DNA of 64,000 nt from NCBI GenBank assembly GCA_963693365.1, contig CAVNZM010000004.1:13659928-13723927 (forward strand), read 5' to 3'. This stretch comes from Amoebidium appalachense. Taxonomy: Eukaryota > Protista > Ichthyosporea. The notes below the pieces were generated by a model. The model ran no database searches, was not told the DNA's origin, and was given only the letters and a program-made list of their open reading frames with translations. The position numbers were made by a program, and so were the translations under genes. Position 1 is the first letter of the stretch. The number at the start of each line of letters is the position of its first letter. Of this stretch, positions 13,575 through 28,359 are shown piece by piece.

Positions 13575-14262
13575 TTGTTCACGACACATGACAGATTTCA
13601 AACAACAACTGACCTTTTATTGTGCCCTCGGGTCTTTTTGTACTTGCAACTTATCATCTTATCTCCGAGTCAACTAAAAGAGGTCCTGGAGAACCAATCG
13701 GTTCTATCAGATGATAGAAAAACACATTCCGACAGAGTATACACATTCCAACGTCCGACATAACTGAAGCTTCAACAACTCTTACTTAAATAACTTAAGT
13801 AATTATACATCATTGTCACTATTAATACACATATACTATATTCATATTCGTCTCTAATAGTATAAAGAAGCTCATTTAAATACAATGTATATTTCCTAAT
13901 AGTCGACGCTCTCAAAGTGAAGACACATTACGATAAACCGAATCCCATACATATCTATTGTGTCCAATCATAACACGTATATTAATAGACAGGAAATTCA
14001 ATGCACAACACGATCTATAGATGTACTCACTCCGAGTCGCGAATATTGGTAAGTCATCTTATTGTGAACTAAAACTAAACCTCTTTGAAAGTCTAAAACA
14101 AAGACAACGAATATAGCTAGCCAATCACGCTACCTCTCAGATAAACAGAGGAGAGCAAACACAGATAAAATACAATAAGTTCTCTCAGGCAAGAGAGCCA
14201 GGTGTGTACAGCTGATCTACAGATATCTGTGCACACAGAAACAAGGGAGAGAGAGAGATACG

Positions 14263-14354
<92 letters not shown>

Positions 14355-14530
14355 CTCGGAGAGAGAGAGAGAGAGAGAGACTCTGAGAGAGAGAGAAAGA
14401 AAAAGAGAAAAAGGGAGAGAGGGGGGGAGAGCACAAAGAAGGAGAGCAAACACGAATACAAACAAAGCTAAGACACATACATACTTCAAGACTCTAAGAC
14501 TTGCTGTCCTACGTAGTGACGTATTCCAAC
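13575..14530 (-). repeat. LTR-like/terminal repeat copy 1, with poly-G + (GA)n
   Basis: Aligns along its length with 22387-23451. Both begin TGTTGGAA on the minus strand. This copy leads into the gag-like remnant. Confidence 0.75.
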
Positions 14531-14970
14531 ACTCACTGGCCACCGGTGTGGGTGCTTTGCCATGGGCCCGGGCGGAAAGGGCGGACACTGACAACCCCTC
14601 ACCCTCTGTGGAAGACTGGGCGGCACGAGTCTGCCTGCGACCACTGTCATCTTCACTTAATTCTCAGCAAGACTTAGAAGTTGAGTTTGGTATTTATTTA
14701 TTAGTTGTTGTAGTTTGTTTCCTTTTCCTTTCTTCATTTCTTTCTTTCTTTTCCGTTTCCGTGTACACGACATCTTAGATCTGTGTACGTATCGACATAC
14801 TTAGCTCGCGCACACGTATTGTCGTTTGCGTCAAAATCTATATATGTCATCCAATCATATCTCGTTTGTATTTTCCCAAATATAGTAACTTACATTCCTT
14901 TCTCATTCCTTTCCCACGACGTAGCATTGTGCTATGTTCTTCAACTATTAGGAAAAATTATATTTAGACG

Positions 14971-15365
14971 TGTTATGATAAGAACATGTATAAATATATG
15001 TTATGAATTAATAGTTACATAAGTGGTTTCATTTTGTTAAATGTTTCCGTGCTTTTATTAGAAGTTTCTTTCATTAGAGGATTGAGTTTTATATTCTATG
15101 TGTCGACAGACATTTTAATCGATATATTTTACACTCATAGTTTTCGTCCTTTTGATTGGTTTATCGTTTCACATTCCCAAGTATAAAAGGGACCTCATCT
15201 TGAAATAAATCATAAGCAGTCGTATTCACTTCCTATGGTTCCAGAAATCGTTCCTCCTCTCCGGTTGTGTTTTTCCCGTGTGTCTTTGTGTTGTGTTTTA
15301 CATAACACCCATCTGTGCTCTCTGCTTCTCCGTTTACCCACACAAAATAACAGGTTTACGGCCCC
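14971..15365 (+). mobile_element. Probable 5' LTR and PBS-like region of the copia element
   Basis: TATAAAA at 15182. ...aataaca|ggtttacggcccc resembles the copia LTR/internal junction aaca|ggttatgggccc. The LTR start is uncertain (candidate TGTTA at 14971, 14999 or 15035). Confidence 0.5.
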
Positions 15366-15428
15366 TTTGCACGCTAACACACAATCTCGCTACAACCGCG
15401 AAAATCTCTCAGTCTTACTGCTTCAATC

Positions 15429-18400
15429 ATGACTGACAAACCGTCGTATATCAACCTTCCCATATGGAATCCGTCCGAGAAACGAGACGAGAAACGTCTT
15501 AATTATTTCGAGTGGGAGCCACTCATTCACCGGTTCATTAGAACCACCATTGCCGAGAAATTCGTTGACGCTATCAAGAGGCCACAGTGGGTTGACGGCG
15601 CTGAAGCCAACCAGTGGCTAGGCTACACCACCAAGGACTCCTACAAGAAAGCTTCCGACGTCCTCGACCAGATCCTCAACCAGTCCGTCCACCCGACCGA
15701 GCTCTACGACTCCGGCCGGATGCAAGACGGTGTCCACGGTGGTGAAGTCTTCCACAACCTACGTATGGCGTATGTAGCAGAGAAGGAGGCCCGAGTCACC
15801 CAGATTCAAGTCACCTTCGAGGAGCTTGAACTACGAGACTACCCCAACGTCACAGCATACCTCACCCGTCTCCAACGTCTGGCTACGACACTTGCCTGCC
15901 TCGACGAACCCGTCCAGCACAAGGATGTCGTACGTAAGTTCTTCCTCCACATCCGGAAGAACACAGCCCTGGTCTGCCCCGACATTGAACGTCTCTGCTC
16001 CGACTACTGGATGAACAACAAGGCCTACCCGTCCTTCAACATGCTCATCAGTGACATCCGAGGAGCTGAAATCCGTGCCGGCCTCATCGACGCAGGCACA
16101 GGTGCAACCGTCAACAACCGTCCCCTCCGTGCACTCCAGAGCAGAGTGCTTCCCCCCGGTGACCTCCGTAACCGTATTCCTCGACGTGAGCATACACCTC
16201 ACCGTTCCCCGTCCCGTTCCCGTGATCCTCGTCCTCCCTCCAAGTCACCCGGCCCCCGTTCAACTTCCCCTTACCACCGTGGTAACAGGGACAACCGTAA
16301 CCGACAGCACAACACCAACAGTGTGAAGTGTTCCTACTGCCATGAGCCCCACCACATCACAGCATGCCCGGAGCCTGGCTGCACAGTTGCTCGTCGTGCC
16401 AAGCAGGAGAAAGGTGACAAGAGTGTGAAATTTGCACTCATCTCCTCCACCGGCACACCTGACAGTAACGACCCCGTCTGGGACAGTGCTTGTAATGCAC
16501 ACATCTGCCCCATCAAGGAGTATTTCTCCTCCCTTACCCCGTGTCCTCCCACCCCCATTCACGGCCTCGGCACAGTCAATGCCAAACAACGTGGCATCAT
16601 CAACATGACACTGCACTACAACGGCCACCCAACACCGTGCAGCATCAATGCTTACTACGTACCCGAGGCACCGTCTTTCCTCGTGTCTACCTCCATGGCA
16701 TCAGCTGCCGGCCTCCTAGGTCATTGTGACGATACAGACAACCACCCGTCGTTCCTCTACAGCCGTAATGGTGACATTATTACAGATCTCACCCCCCTCG
16801 ACGGTCTCTACTACATCACTGACTATGTGATTGAGACTCCTAAACACCCGGGGGTCCAAGCCTACACAGCAAGGACTCAACCACCCGACGACCTCACCCT
16901 TTGGCACAACCGTCTCGGCCACCGTGCCCTCTCCACCGTCACCAGGATGGCCAAGGATGAGCTTGTCATCGGCATGCCCCCCTCCCTCAAGTCACCCGAC
17001 AACAGTGACTGCTTCGGCTGCATGTCTGGCAAGACCACCAAGGCCCCCTTTCCCGGCACCCGTTCCAAGTTCACCATTCCCGGTGCTAAGTGGCACCTGG
17101 ACTTCTTCGAAGCTCCCTGTGCTTCCTACGGAGGCTACAAGGTTGCTCTGGTGTGTGTTTGTGATGCCACCGGTTACACCACCGTGTTCCCCCTTTACAA
17201 CCATGGTGAAACCCTCAGCCACATTCAGTCTCTCGTTGAAACCATCGAACGTCAGACACCTGAGATCGTCACCCATCTTCGGTTTGACTCCGGCTCTGAG
17301 TTCACCTCCAAGGACACCGAGGCCTACTGCAAGCAGAAAGGCATCATCATGGAGTTTGCCCCCGTCGACACACCACAACACAATGGTGTTGTTGAACGGA
17401 AGATGAGAGAACTGCAAGAGACAGTCCGTTGCTTCCTCCATGCCGACAAGGACCAACCTCTCTCTCCCAAGTTGTGGGTTGCTGCTCTCAAGCATACAAG
17501 CTACATCATCAACGTCACACCGTCATCTGCTGCCAACGGCAACACTCCCTTCGAGGCCTTCCACGGCTTCAAACCCGACGTCTCCCAGCTCCACGTGTTC
17601 GGCTCCCCTGCCTATGTGCATGTTCCCCGGTCAAAGAGGAACAAGCTGGCATCAACCGTCCGAGTCGGCACCTACGTCGGCTGGGACCTACCCTCCAAGG
17701 CACACAAGATCCTCGACCATGCCAGCAACCAAATCAAGATCTGCCGTGATGTGATCTTCGACGAGTCGAAATTCACGGGCAGCACCAATCAGGTCTCCGT
17801 TCCCCCCAAACCCGATCTGCCGACATTGGACCCCCCCTCCGACGACGACGATGAAACTCCGTCTGTGGTCATCTCCCAACCGTCCTGGCACAACCAACCA
17901 GCCCCGGTTGAACCCGTGCCTCCCCCGAGCCCCCCTCCCACTGGCCAACAACCCTTGCTGCCGGCCCCCCCCGTTGCTGTGCATCAACCCGGCTACATGA
18001 CTCCGGTTCGTCCTGGGTCCCCCACCTTCCACTCGGCCACGAGCAGCCCTGTGGACACCGATGCCCCCCTCACCACCGGTCCTATTCCTGGCTTCCATGC
18101 CCCTATCCCGGCCTCCACCACCTACCCGGCCACCACCCCCCTCAAGGACCCCCCCAAGCCCAACCTTCGTCGGTCTACACGTCTCACCAAGACTCCAACG
18201 GCACTGGTCAGCATCGTAGCACCGACCATCAACATTGACCAGCTCCCCAAGGGCATTCAAAAGCTTTGCAACGGTCCCAACGGTGATGCCGTCATAGCTG
18301 CCCTCACCTCCGAGTACCAAGCCTTCATCACCAAGGATGTCTTCACCATTGTTGATCCCCCCCCTGGTGCCAACATCATCAAGTTCAAGTGGATTGTGAC

Positions 18401-18680
18401 TGAGAAAGTCCTCAACTCAGCCGGTGACACCAAGATCAAAGCTCGTGGTGTTGCAAAGGGCTTCACTCAAGTCTACGGTGTTGACTACGGTGACACCTCT
18501 TCCCCCGTGGTGATGTCCTCCTCCGTCCGTGCCCTCCTTGCCATCGGCTACCTCGGTAGATTCAGTGCCAACCCCACCAAACTTGCATGGGAATGGGAAT
18601 ACAGATACCTGATACGGCTGACATACTATGCAATCATAAAGTCCGGGCCCCGCTCAAAATCTAATACCAAGATCACCTAG
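15429..18680 (+). mobile_element. Ty1/copia Gag-Pol ORF (Gag, Zn knuckle, protease, integrase) with RT largely deleted and no RNase H
   Basis: 1083-aa ORF: CSYCHEPHHITAC knuckle, WDSACNAHI protease, LWHNRLGH...CFGC, integrase HLDF / FDSGSEF / NGVVER, RT start KIKARGVAKGFTQVYGVDY, then directly GYLGRFSANPT. PR-IN-RT order is diagnostic of copia. Confidence 0.95.
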
Positions 18681-18815
18681 ATCACATACTGTATAGACTA
18701 ACACGTGGCACTCCTACGGGATATAAATAGCCTAGATAACCACGGCCACCGATAATACAGAATTTGCTGACTACGTGGCTACCAAAATGCTCAGGCTCCT
18801 GCAAAGAAAATACGA

Positions 18816-20055
18816 TTACAAACTACTAATACTCACGGATACGGAGGAGACTCGACTCAAATAATCATACACCCTAGAAAAATCGTTAAACATACGGTGG
18901 TTTAATAGATAGTCAATAGAAGTAATATCAGGATTATCTAAATAAGCTAGTCTGCGAATTTCGTTGAACTGAAGAATCTGAGATAAATAAGTACATTTAT
19001 CTAGATGTTTGCGAGAAAAAGGTTCTGCACAAAAGTGACACAAACATTTATGGAAACTAAGGTTCCAACGCCAAAATAAACATTTCCAAGCAATATCACA
19101 AGAAGGGGTTAGAATTGCAAAATCGGCAAGTGTGGTAGGTTTACAAGAGGAAGGATGAATGTAAGTAGCTAATTTACATAACGATTGACAATATAGAGAA
19201 AATAGACGAGTCTCTAATATAAAAAGAAGCACAGGCTCAAGAGTCCTACCATGATACTCTTTATCACAACAACTCGGATGAAGCAAAGGATATTGTCAAT
19301 GAGTATGAAACCAAGTAACAAGTAACATACTGCTGATAAATAGGGGAAGAGAAAAATAAAGGAGACAAATGTTTAAAAGGATATCTCTGAATGGGAGATA
19401 GATTGGGTACAGGACATTTCGCACGAACATTAGAACTTCATGGGAACAGGGTCTAAAGAAGGAAAGAATTGCAACAAAGGATGATAAGAAGGAAGCCTAA
19501 CCAAATGAAAACAAAAGCGAAGGCCTAACTCATTCATACACTGACTCGCCGGAGGGAGACCAAAAACACTCAGCAAAGGAGCCGCCAGAGGATGCCTACG
19601 CAAGGTCCGAGAGATGAACTGGATGAATTCACGCTGAAAGGAATCGAATTCCCGAAGCGCCGCGCGCTGTTGCCGTGGAGGGGCACACAAGAGTAACGGG
19701 AGGCCATATTCGAAACATGGACGAAGAAAAACTTTATAAAGAGTGAGCAGATTAGCAGGATGGACATCAGAAATATTTGGCAATGCGAAAATTCCTTGAT
19801 AAATGTGTAAACGACCACGCGCACGGGAAAGGTGCGAAGTCAAAAGGCGCTCAAAGCAAATACCCTTAGAGGTGAAAGGAACACCTAAATAGTCATAGGA
19901 GGACACAACTGGGATAGGTTGATTGTTCAAAGGTAGTGTGCATGGGGAGAAAAGGTGCCGCATTCATCTATCCCAATTTTCATGAAATTTCGGAAACACC
20001 TATCATCTACTCGAGAAATCTGTATTATGGTAGTCATAATAGAAGGATCATGAGT
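18816..20055 (-). mobile_element. LINE family A copy, 5'-truncated and degenerate (late RT + C-terminal Zn finger)
   Basis: YDYLGVPF, LLTLYKVFLRPCFEYG and CHFCAEPFSRKHLDKC; frameshifts. Confidence 0.85.
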
Positions 20056-20059
20056 GTGA

Positions 20060-22310
20060 ATTTATATTTTTTATACTGACGTTATTGATATGCTCATGAA
20101 AAGAGAAGCAATCCGGAGATATCACAGACTCTCGGATATTTCAGAGAAGAAGATACAAAAACCCCTACTCACGGATATGGAGGAGATACTATAGTAACGA
20201 CTCAAATAATCATACACCCTAGAAAACCCGTGAAACATACGGTGGTTTAACAGATAGTCAATAGAAGTAATATCAGGATCATAGTATCTAAATAAGCTAG
20301 TCTTCGGATTTCTAACGGAAGAATCTGAGATAAATAAATACATTTATCGAGATGTTTGCGAGAAAAAGGTTCTGCACAAAAGTGACACAAACATCACTGC
20401 ATTCAACTATAACACAATTTGAAAAGTATAGTCTAAGTATATCTCGATATACTTAGACTATACTTTTTGATATGGTCAGTTAAAGTTTACTGTACCGCTG
20501 TTTCAAGGCTTGTTTAGCCTATGATATAAAAAGTATATCGCGAACAGCCGACTTGATCTTGGTGCGCTTTCGATGCGTTCACATCCAATCAAATTCGATT
20601 TGGCTAAAATACTTCCAAAGTATATCTTTTGGCCTTTTTTTTATATGATCGATATACTTAAGGTCTATGTCAGGGTTTCTCGATTATGACGTAGTTATGA
20701 CGTAATTTACAATAAACGTCACGGTGATGTCATTGATGATGTCACGAATTTGAGAATGACGTCACCGGCCCGGATACGTCATGGTGGCTCACGGGCAGCC
20801 GAAGCCGATAAAACTGAGCGCACTGATTGGTAATTGCCATATAGTATGAAATGTTCGTTTTAGGAAAGTCCGGACATGGATAAAAAAATACGTAATAATC
20901 GAGAAACCCCGACATAGTCGTTAAGTATATCGATTTTGAAATGATCTTTTTCGCGATCTTACCAGATTTGGCAGGTCGGTGATAGTATACTTATACTATA
21001 CTTTTCTAAATGTATTATAGTAAAATGTGTCTATTGATGGACATTAAGGTTACAATGCCAAAATAAACATTTCCAAGCAATATCACAAGAAGGGATTAGA
21101 ATTGCAAAATCGGCAAGTGTGGTAGGTTTACGAGAGGAAGGATGAATGTAAGTAGCTATTTTACATAACGATTGTAGAGAAAACTAGTAGACGAGACTCA
21201 GCTTTAATATAAAAAGAAGCACAGGCTCAAGAGTCCTACCATGATACTCTTTATCACAACGATGAAGCAAAGGATGATATCGAGTATGAAACCAAGTAAC
21301 ATTCTGCTGATAAATAGGGGAAGAGAAATAAAGGAGACAAATATTTAAAAGGATATCTCTGAATGGGAGATAGATTGGGTAGTACACTGACATTTCACAC
21401 GAGCATTAGAAATGGGAACTGAGGATCTAAAAAGGAAAGAATTGCAACAAAGGATGAAGGATGGTAAGAAGGAAGCCTAACCAAATGAAAACAAAAGCGA
21501 AGGCCTGAACTCATTCATACGCTGACTCACTGGAGGGAGACCAAAAACACTCAGCAAAGGAGCCGCCAGAGGATGCCTACGTGAGGTCCGAGAGATGAAC
21601 TGGATGAATTCACGCTGAAAGGAATCGAATTCCCGAAGCGCCGCGCGCTGTTGCCGTCACAGGGGCACACAAGAGTAACAGGAGGCCATATTCGAAACAT
21701 GGACGAAGAAAACTTTATAAAGAGTGAGCAGATTAGCAGGATCATGGACATTAGAAATATTTGCGAATATTCCTTGATAGATATGTAAGCGGCCACGCGC
21801 GCGGGAAATGCGCGAAGTCAAAAGGCGTTCAAAGCAAATACCGTTAGGGGTGAAGGGAATACCTAAATACTAGTCATAGGTGGATACGACAGGGATAGGT
21901 TGCCTTGTTCAAAGTGTAGTGTGCATGGGGAGAAAGGGTGCCGCATTTACTAAGTATCTATCCCAATTTTCATGAAATTTCGGAAACACCAATCATCTAC
22001 TCGAGAAAGCATGGTAGTCATAATAGAACTAGGATCATGAGTGACTAAAACAATATTGTCAACGAAAAAAAGGCCGGAAACACAAGAGTCACCTGCAACT
22101 GGAAATTGTTGAATTTCTACCGCTAAGTCGTCAATAAAGACATCAAAAAGGAGGGGACTCAAAAGTGAGCCCTGTAAATTTAAAGCCTTCGAGTTGTATA
22201 CGACTGAATCCGTTACTCAGTACCCCATTCACAACAGCAGCCCCATGGGTGCGGTCAAATAACGCCTGAAGTAGTCGACCAAAGGGAAGTGGGAGCCCTT
22301 GTTGTTTTGT
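20060..22310 (-). mobile_element. LINE family A copy reaching the RT core, interrupted by a MITE
   Basis: A-tail/3' end at ~20060-20130. RT motifs VVNG..S, LQGSLLSPLLFDVFIDDL and LFFVDNIVL (YADD position). Homologous to 18816-20055 and 24442-25720. Confidence 0.85.
20395..21032. mobile_element. MITE-like foldback insertion within the LINE
   Basis: The LINE breaks after cacaaacat and resumes at attgatgg. Imperfect outer inverted repeats (actataacacaatttgaaaagtatagt / actatacttttctaaatgtattatagt), an inner ~47-bp inverted pair at 20648-20694 / 20889-20935, and a perfect hairpin at ~20422-20467. Confidence 0.8.
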
Positions 22311-22386
22311 ACGGGTCTAAGGGAGCAGAGTGCACAGAGGTGTCATGCCAAAACACGACTAACACATTAATGAGAGGGCAATCGGA

Positions 22387-23451
<1,065 letters not shown>

Positions 23452-23502
23452 AGCCCTCGAGTCGCCAACTTATGCCAAAGCAAATTCGTCGGAACTCTGT
23501 CG

Positions 23503-23575
23503 ATTTTTTATTTATTTTAAATAATGACTTTATTGATGTACTCAAGGAAAAGAGATATCTCAGATATCTCAGAGA
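23503..23575 (-). mobile_element. LINE family A 3' stub
   Basis: T-rich tail + aatgactttattgatgtactcaaggaaaagagatatc. Confidence 0.6.
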
Positions 23576-24441
23576 GACGACTGGCGAGCACAGATGCATG
23601 TGGAATTAGCATCGCAGATAATACAGAGAATACTCAAAACTTTCTATATCATGAATATACTCACGTACTTGAACAAACCTAAGAATTGTGAGCTCAGTAT
23701 GAAGACCATACACAAATTTGTGAAACCGATAGTATGAGCACTGAACTTTCCAGCTGCCTGCCAGTGCCTGCCGGTTACAGGACCCTAATCTAATATCAAT
23801 AGAGCCACCAACCGTTTTTAGTGGATTGATTGAATTTCAATTTTTTTTAATGATGGATTTTTTTTCGATCGGGCCCCCAGACAGGGCAAAGAATGGATAT
23901 ATAGTACAGTTGCCATAGACAACGAGATAGTCGCTGAGATAACCTCACCAGATATCCAACGATATATAACAAAAACGAGAATTCTACGGTAAGACTACCA
24001 AAGCTGCACGTATAAACTCAAGTACGGGGGTCTACAAATGTCAAAAGGGGGGGGGGGGGGGGGGGGATTGTGCCGTTTATTATCGACATGTCAGGCTTGA
24101 CACGGAGGTCTTGATAAGATGCCGCCACCAAGGCCAACAGGCGAGTACTCCGTGACCCAACGGGTTACATCATATGCCGGGATAACATGCTAATCTACAG
24201 TTTTTTCTGTACAGGTGATACTAAGGGAAACCCGGGCTTCACACTATCAACTGTACTCCCAGTCACTCCAATTTTGGAGTCTGGTGCAGGCGCATGGGCC
24301 CGCAATTTTTCTTCAGTTCAAAATAAAGTTGAAGTCTCTAGAAAATACTTTTCCCTCATTTACGTAATAAGTGCACATATATACTATTAGTAACTACTTT
24401 CAGCTTGCGCCGACTGTCCCAGATTCGTCATAAAATTTCCT

Positions 24442-25839
24442 ATTTTTCATGACTTTATTGATATGCTCAGCAAAAGAGAGGCAATATACACAGATATCTC
24501 GGTGAAGAATATACGACTGTCCTTACTCTCGGATACGGAGGAGATAACGACTGAGATATTATGTGGCACCCTAGAAAACTCATTAAACATACGGTGATTT
24601 AAGATATAGTCAATAGACGTAATATCAGGTTTATCTAAATAAGCCAGTCTTCTAACTTCTACGAATAATCTGGAGATAAATAAATACATCTATCTAGATG
24701 TTTACGAGAAAATGGTTCTGCACAAAAGTGACACAAACACTTATGGAAACAAAGGTTACAACGCCAAAACAAACATTTCCAAGCAACTTCACAAGAAGGG
24801 GCTAGGATTGCAAAAATCAGTTAGAGTGGTAGGTTTACGAGAGGAAGAATGAATATAGGTAGCCAATTTACACAACGATTGTAAAGAAAATAGACGAGTT
24901 TCTAAAATATAAAGAAGGTGGCACAGGCTCAAGAGGCCTACCATGACTCCTTTATCACTACGCTGCCATGCGGAAGTTAAAGGATATTGAGTACTATTAA
25001 ACCAAGTAACATGATACTGCTGATAAACAGTTAAAGAGAAAAATAAAGGAGACAAATATTTAAAAGGATATCTCGGAATGGGAGATAGATTGGGGATAGG
25101 ATCCGGACATACGAACATTAGAAACGGGAACAGGTGCTAAAGAAGGAAATAATTGCAACAAAGGATGATACGGAGGAAGCCTAGCCAAATGAAAACAAAA
25201 GCGAAGCCCTAATTCACTCATACGCTGGTGTGCCGGAGGAAGACCAAAAACACTTAACAAAGGTGTCACCAAAGGACGCCGACGTGACGTTCGAGAAAGA
25301 AACTGGATAAATTCACGCTGGAAGGAATCGAATTCCCGAAGAGCCGCACGTTCAAGTTGTTGCCGAGTAGAGGGGCACACAAAAGTAACGGGAGGCCATA
25401 TTCGAAACATGGACGAAGGAAAACTTTATAAAGAGTGAGCAGATTGGCAGGATGTATATCAGAAAGATTTGCGAATATTCCTTGATAGATATGTAAGCGG
25501 CCACGCGCGCGGGAAATGCGCGAAGTCAAAAGGCGTTCAAAGCAAGTACCGTTAGGGGTGAAGGGAATACCTAAATAGTCCGAGGTGGATACGGCAGGGA
25601 TAGGTTGATTGTTCAGTGTGTAGTGTGCATTGGGGGAAAATGTGCCACATAGTATTTGTCCAAATCTATCCCAATAATCATGAAATTTTGGAAACACCAA
25701 TCGTCGACTCGAGAAAGCATGAATTTTCTTTTTTTTTTTTTTTATGACTTTATTTATATGCTCAGCAAAATAGAGGCAATCGAGATATCACAGATATCTC
25801 GGTGAAGAAGATACAAAAACTGTCCTTACTCTCGGATAC
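24442..25839 (-). mobile_element. LINE family A copy (24442-25720) plus a second 3' stub (25729-25839)
   Basis: DYLGIPF, LLTLYKVFLRPCFEYG and GLRFCFHLARLPPYHPLL; both parts carry the AATAAA/A-tail end. Confidence 0.85.
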
Positions 25840-27037
25840 CATGAAATTTCTAAATTTGGAGACTGAGTTTGGATTTCCTGATCCCATAACTACAGCCTAA
25901 CTTACAGACGTAACATTAAAGGGAAAAAAGAGAGAAAAGTGAAGGTATTCGAACTGTACTTGGGCAAGTTGTGTGCCCGCAGGTGACCGTCACAGGAGGC
26001 GTGCCAACTGTAGAGACAGATCCCGTACGGATACCATATACGACACCCCCATGGTAGGAGTTTTTTGGGGATCTCGCCACAGCCTGTGACAGTCACGACT
26101 GGGAAGGAACAACCCTATGGACGAACTACCCTTAGAAAGAAACACCCCCCCCCCCCCCCCCCCCCCCTCCCCAGGGGCAGCTACCACCACGGCACCACAT
26201 TGATATCGAGTGTCCTCGCCCGGCTTTCCGTCTCAAATTTTGTTGGCCCGTGAGGCCTCAGGCCTAATTTTAGCTACCATATTTGTGATCCATGTGTTGG
26301 CCTGTGTACATACGTACATGCAGGCTTGTATACCTCAGTTCTCAGCTGGCCATGGTGTCCTGCAATCAACGCGTGGGACGAACGAATTGAATTGTATATG
26401 ACCAATCGCATGTAGCTTCGCACTTGGCGATAAGCCGTTCTTAGAATTCGTCCAATGAATCTGCGCTGCATCCTTGTCTGGCTTTGCCAGGGAGAGATCG
26501 CACATCGATCACCTAATCGAAAGAATATTGGACCAATCGCAAATAAATTTCTCTTTATCCCTTTCAAAAGTTAACGCTCCGGTTCCCCTCGGCACCCCCA
26601 CTAAGTTTACTCTGTCACAACCGCAAAAAGGCGGAAAATCGATTCCAGCCTCTTACTTTGTGGCCGCTTGCAACTTTCTTTGACATAGGCACACGGCTAG
26701 AAGGGACTTGAAGGCGAGAGAACAAGTGGATAAGGGAGTCAAAAGTTATATATTTGCGCCACCACTTACGGCTAGTAGGCTGCTGTGTAGTCGGCCGTCG
26801 TGTTTTTGCGTTGTAGGCTGCTTCTCAGTGTCATTGCAGGCCCACTAGAGGAAGAAAGAAGCCTGAGAGAGCGAGCGCAGAAACTTCCCTTAGCTGTCAA
26901 GACTAGCTCAGCCCACTCACACGTCAGCACCCACACGATGGTATTATAGTCTCCTAGAAAGAACTCCAAGAGATTTGTCGGACTTATAGGTCACGGCGAG
27001 CCATCCTTGTTTATTTCGTTCCTCAGACACGCACACC

Positions 27038-28328
27038 ATGAAGGTGTATCCCAACACAAAGGAGGCTTACGAGCTTCTCGAGCCCATTGGTGAGTGCTGC
27101 CCTACAGTTGGGGCAGTTTCTAGTAGTCGGGAATTAACATGTGCTCGATGATAAGCGAAAAAACAGATCCAGCACACTGTGCCGTGAAGTTGCTCTCGGT
27201 GCCTTGGGCTGACACGAACTCCCCTTAGACTTGCCCAGTCTCGGCTTTTGTTAATTTAAAAAAAAAATGAGGGAGCTAAGTGTGTCGCGTTGTGTATGTT
27301 TATTTTACTCATCCACCTTCTGCTTCGTGGGTTTGAGTCTTGCGGATCCACATCTCCTGCTGTGCAATGTCTCTTTTTGGCTCTCCCTTTTTTTCTTTCT
27401 TAGAGGGCTCTTCTTCACGCTTTTCTCCTGCGTCTATTCAGGCTCCTGTTTCGCTCAGGTTAAGGTGTCGCACTTGTTACTCTTGTGTGCGCAGATCGCA
27501 CCTTTGTCTCATCTTGCTTTATTTTCCTTCCTTTCACAGGGAAGGGCGCCACAGCCACAGTGTATCGGGCAAAATGCATACCACACAACGAAGTTGTTGC
27601 CGTGAAGGTGATCAATCTCGAGCAATATGGCGCAAACATTGACGAAATCAGAACGGAAATCAGCGTTATGTCGCAGTGCAGTCATGCAAACGTTGTCACA
27701 TACTACACCTCGTTCGTGGTAGGGGAAGAACTATGGCTTGTGATGAGGCTTCTTAGTGGGGGGTCGGCGCTAGACATCATGCGAAGCATTTCACCAAAGG
27801 GGTTGGACGAGACGGTTATTGCCACCATTCTGCGGGAAACTCTGAAGGCACTCGCCTACTTTCACAAAAACAACCAAATACACAGGTAAGAGTAGATTTA
27901 TAGCTTCTTGTTGTGATATCTGCTTGCCCCCCGATCCACCCCCCCTCTCCCCTCCCCTCCCTTCCCTCCGCACAGCCCTGGTTCTTTAACGCGGCCGTGG
28001 TCATCGTTGTGCATCTTCCAACTCCCCCCCCCCCCCCCCCCCTCCCCCCGGGGCGTCCTCCCCGTTGCTCCTTTGACTGACCGTTCCTCCACCACCAAAA
28101 ATGTTCCCTTTTCAAACTATTTTTGAAATCTCCAAGATCGGGGATCTTGGTTCTGTTTATGATGCATACTCTTTGGATGTTCTTCACAATCTGTATGGTG
28201 TTGTCCGTCATGAATGTATACTTCGTACTCTGTAACACATTCTCCCCCCGCCCTTTCCCCACTGGTGCCGCACACTGTTTTTCTTTTTCCTATGTACGAA
28301 TTGGGTTATTTTTCAGGAAAACCGTTTA

Positions 28329-28359
<31 letters not shown>

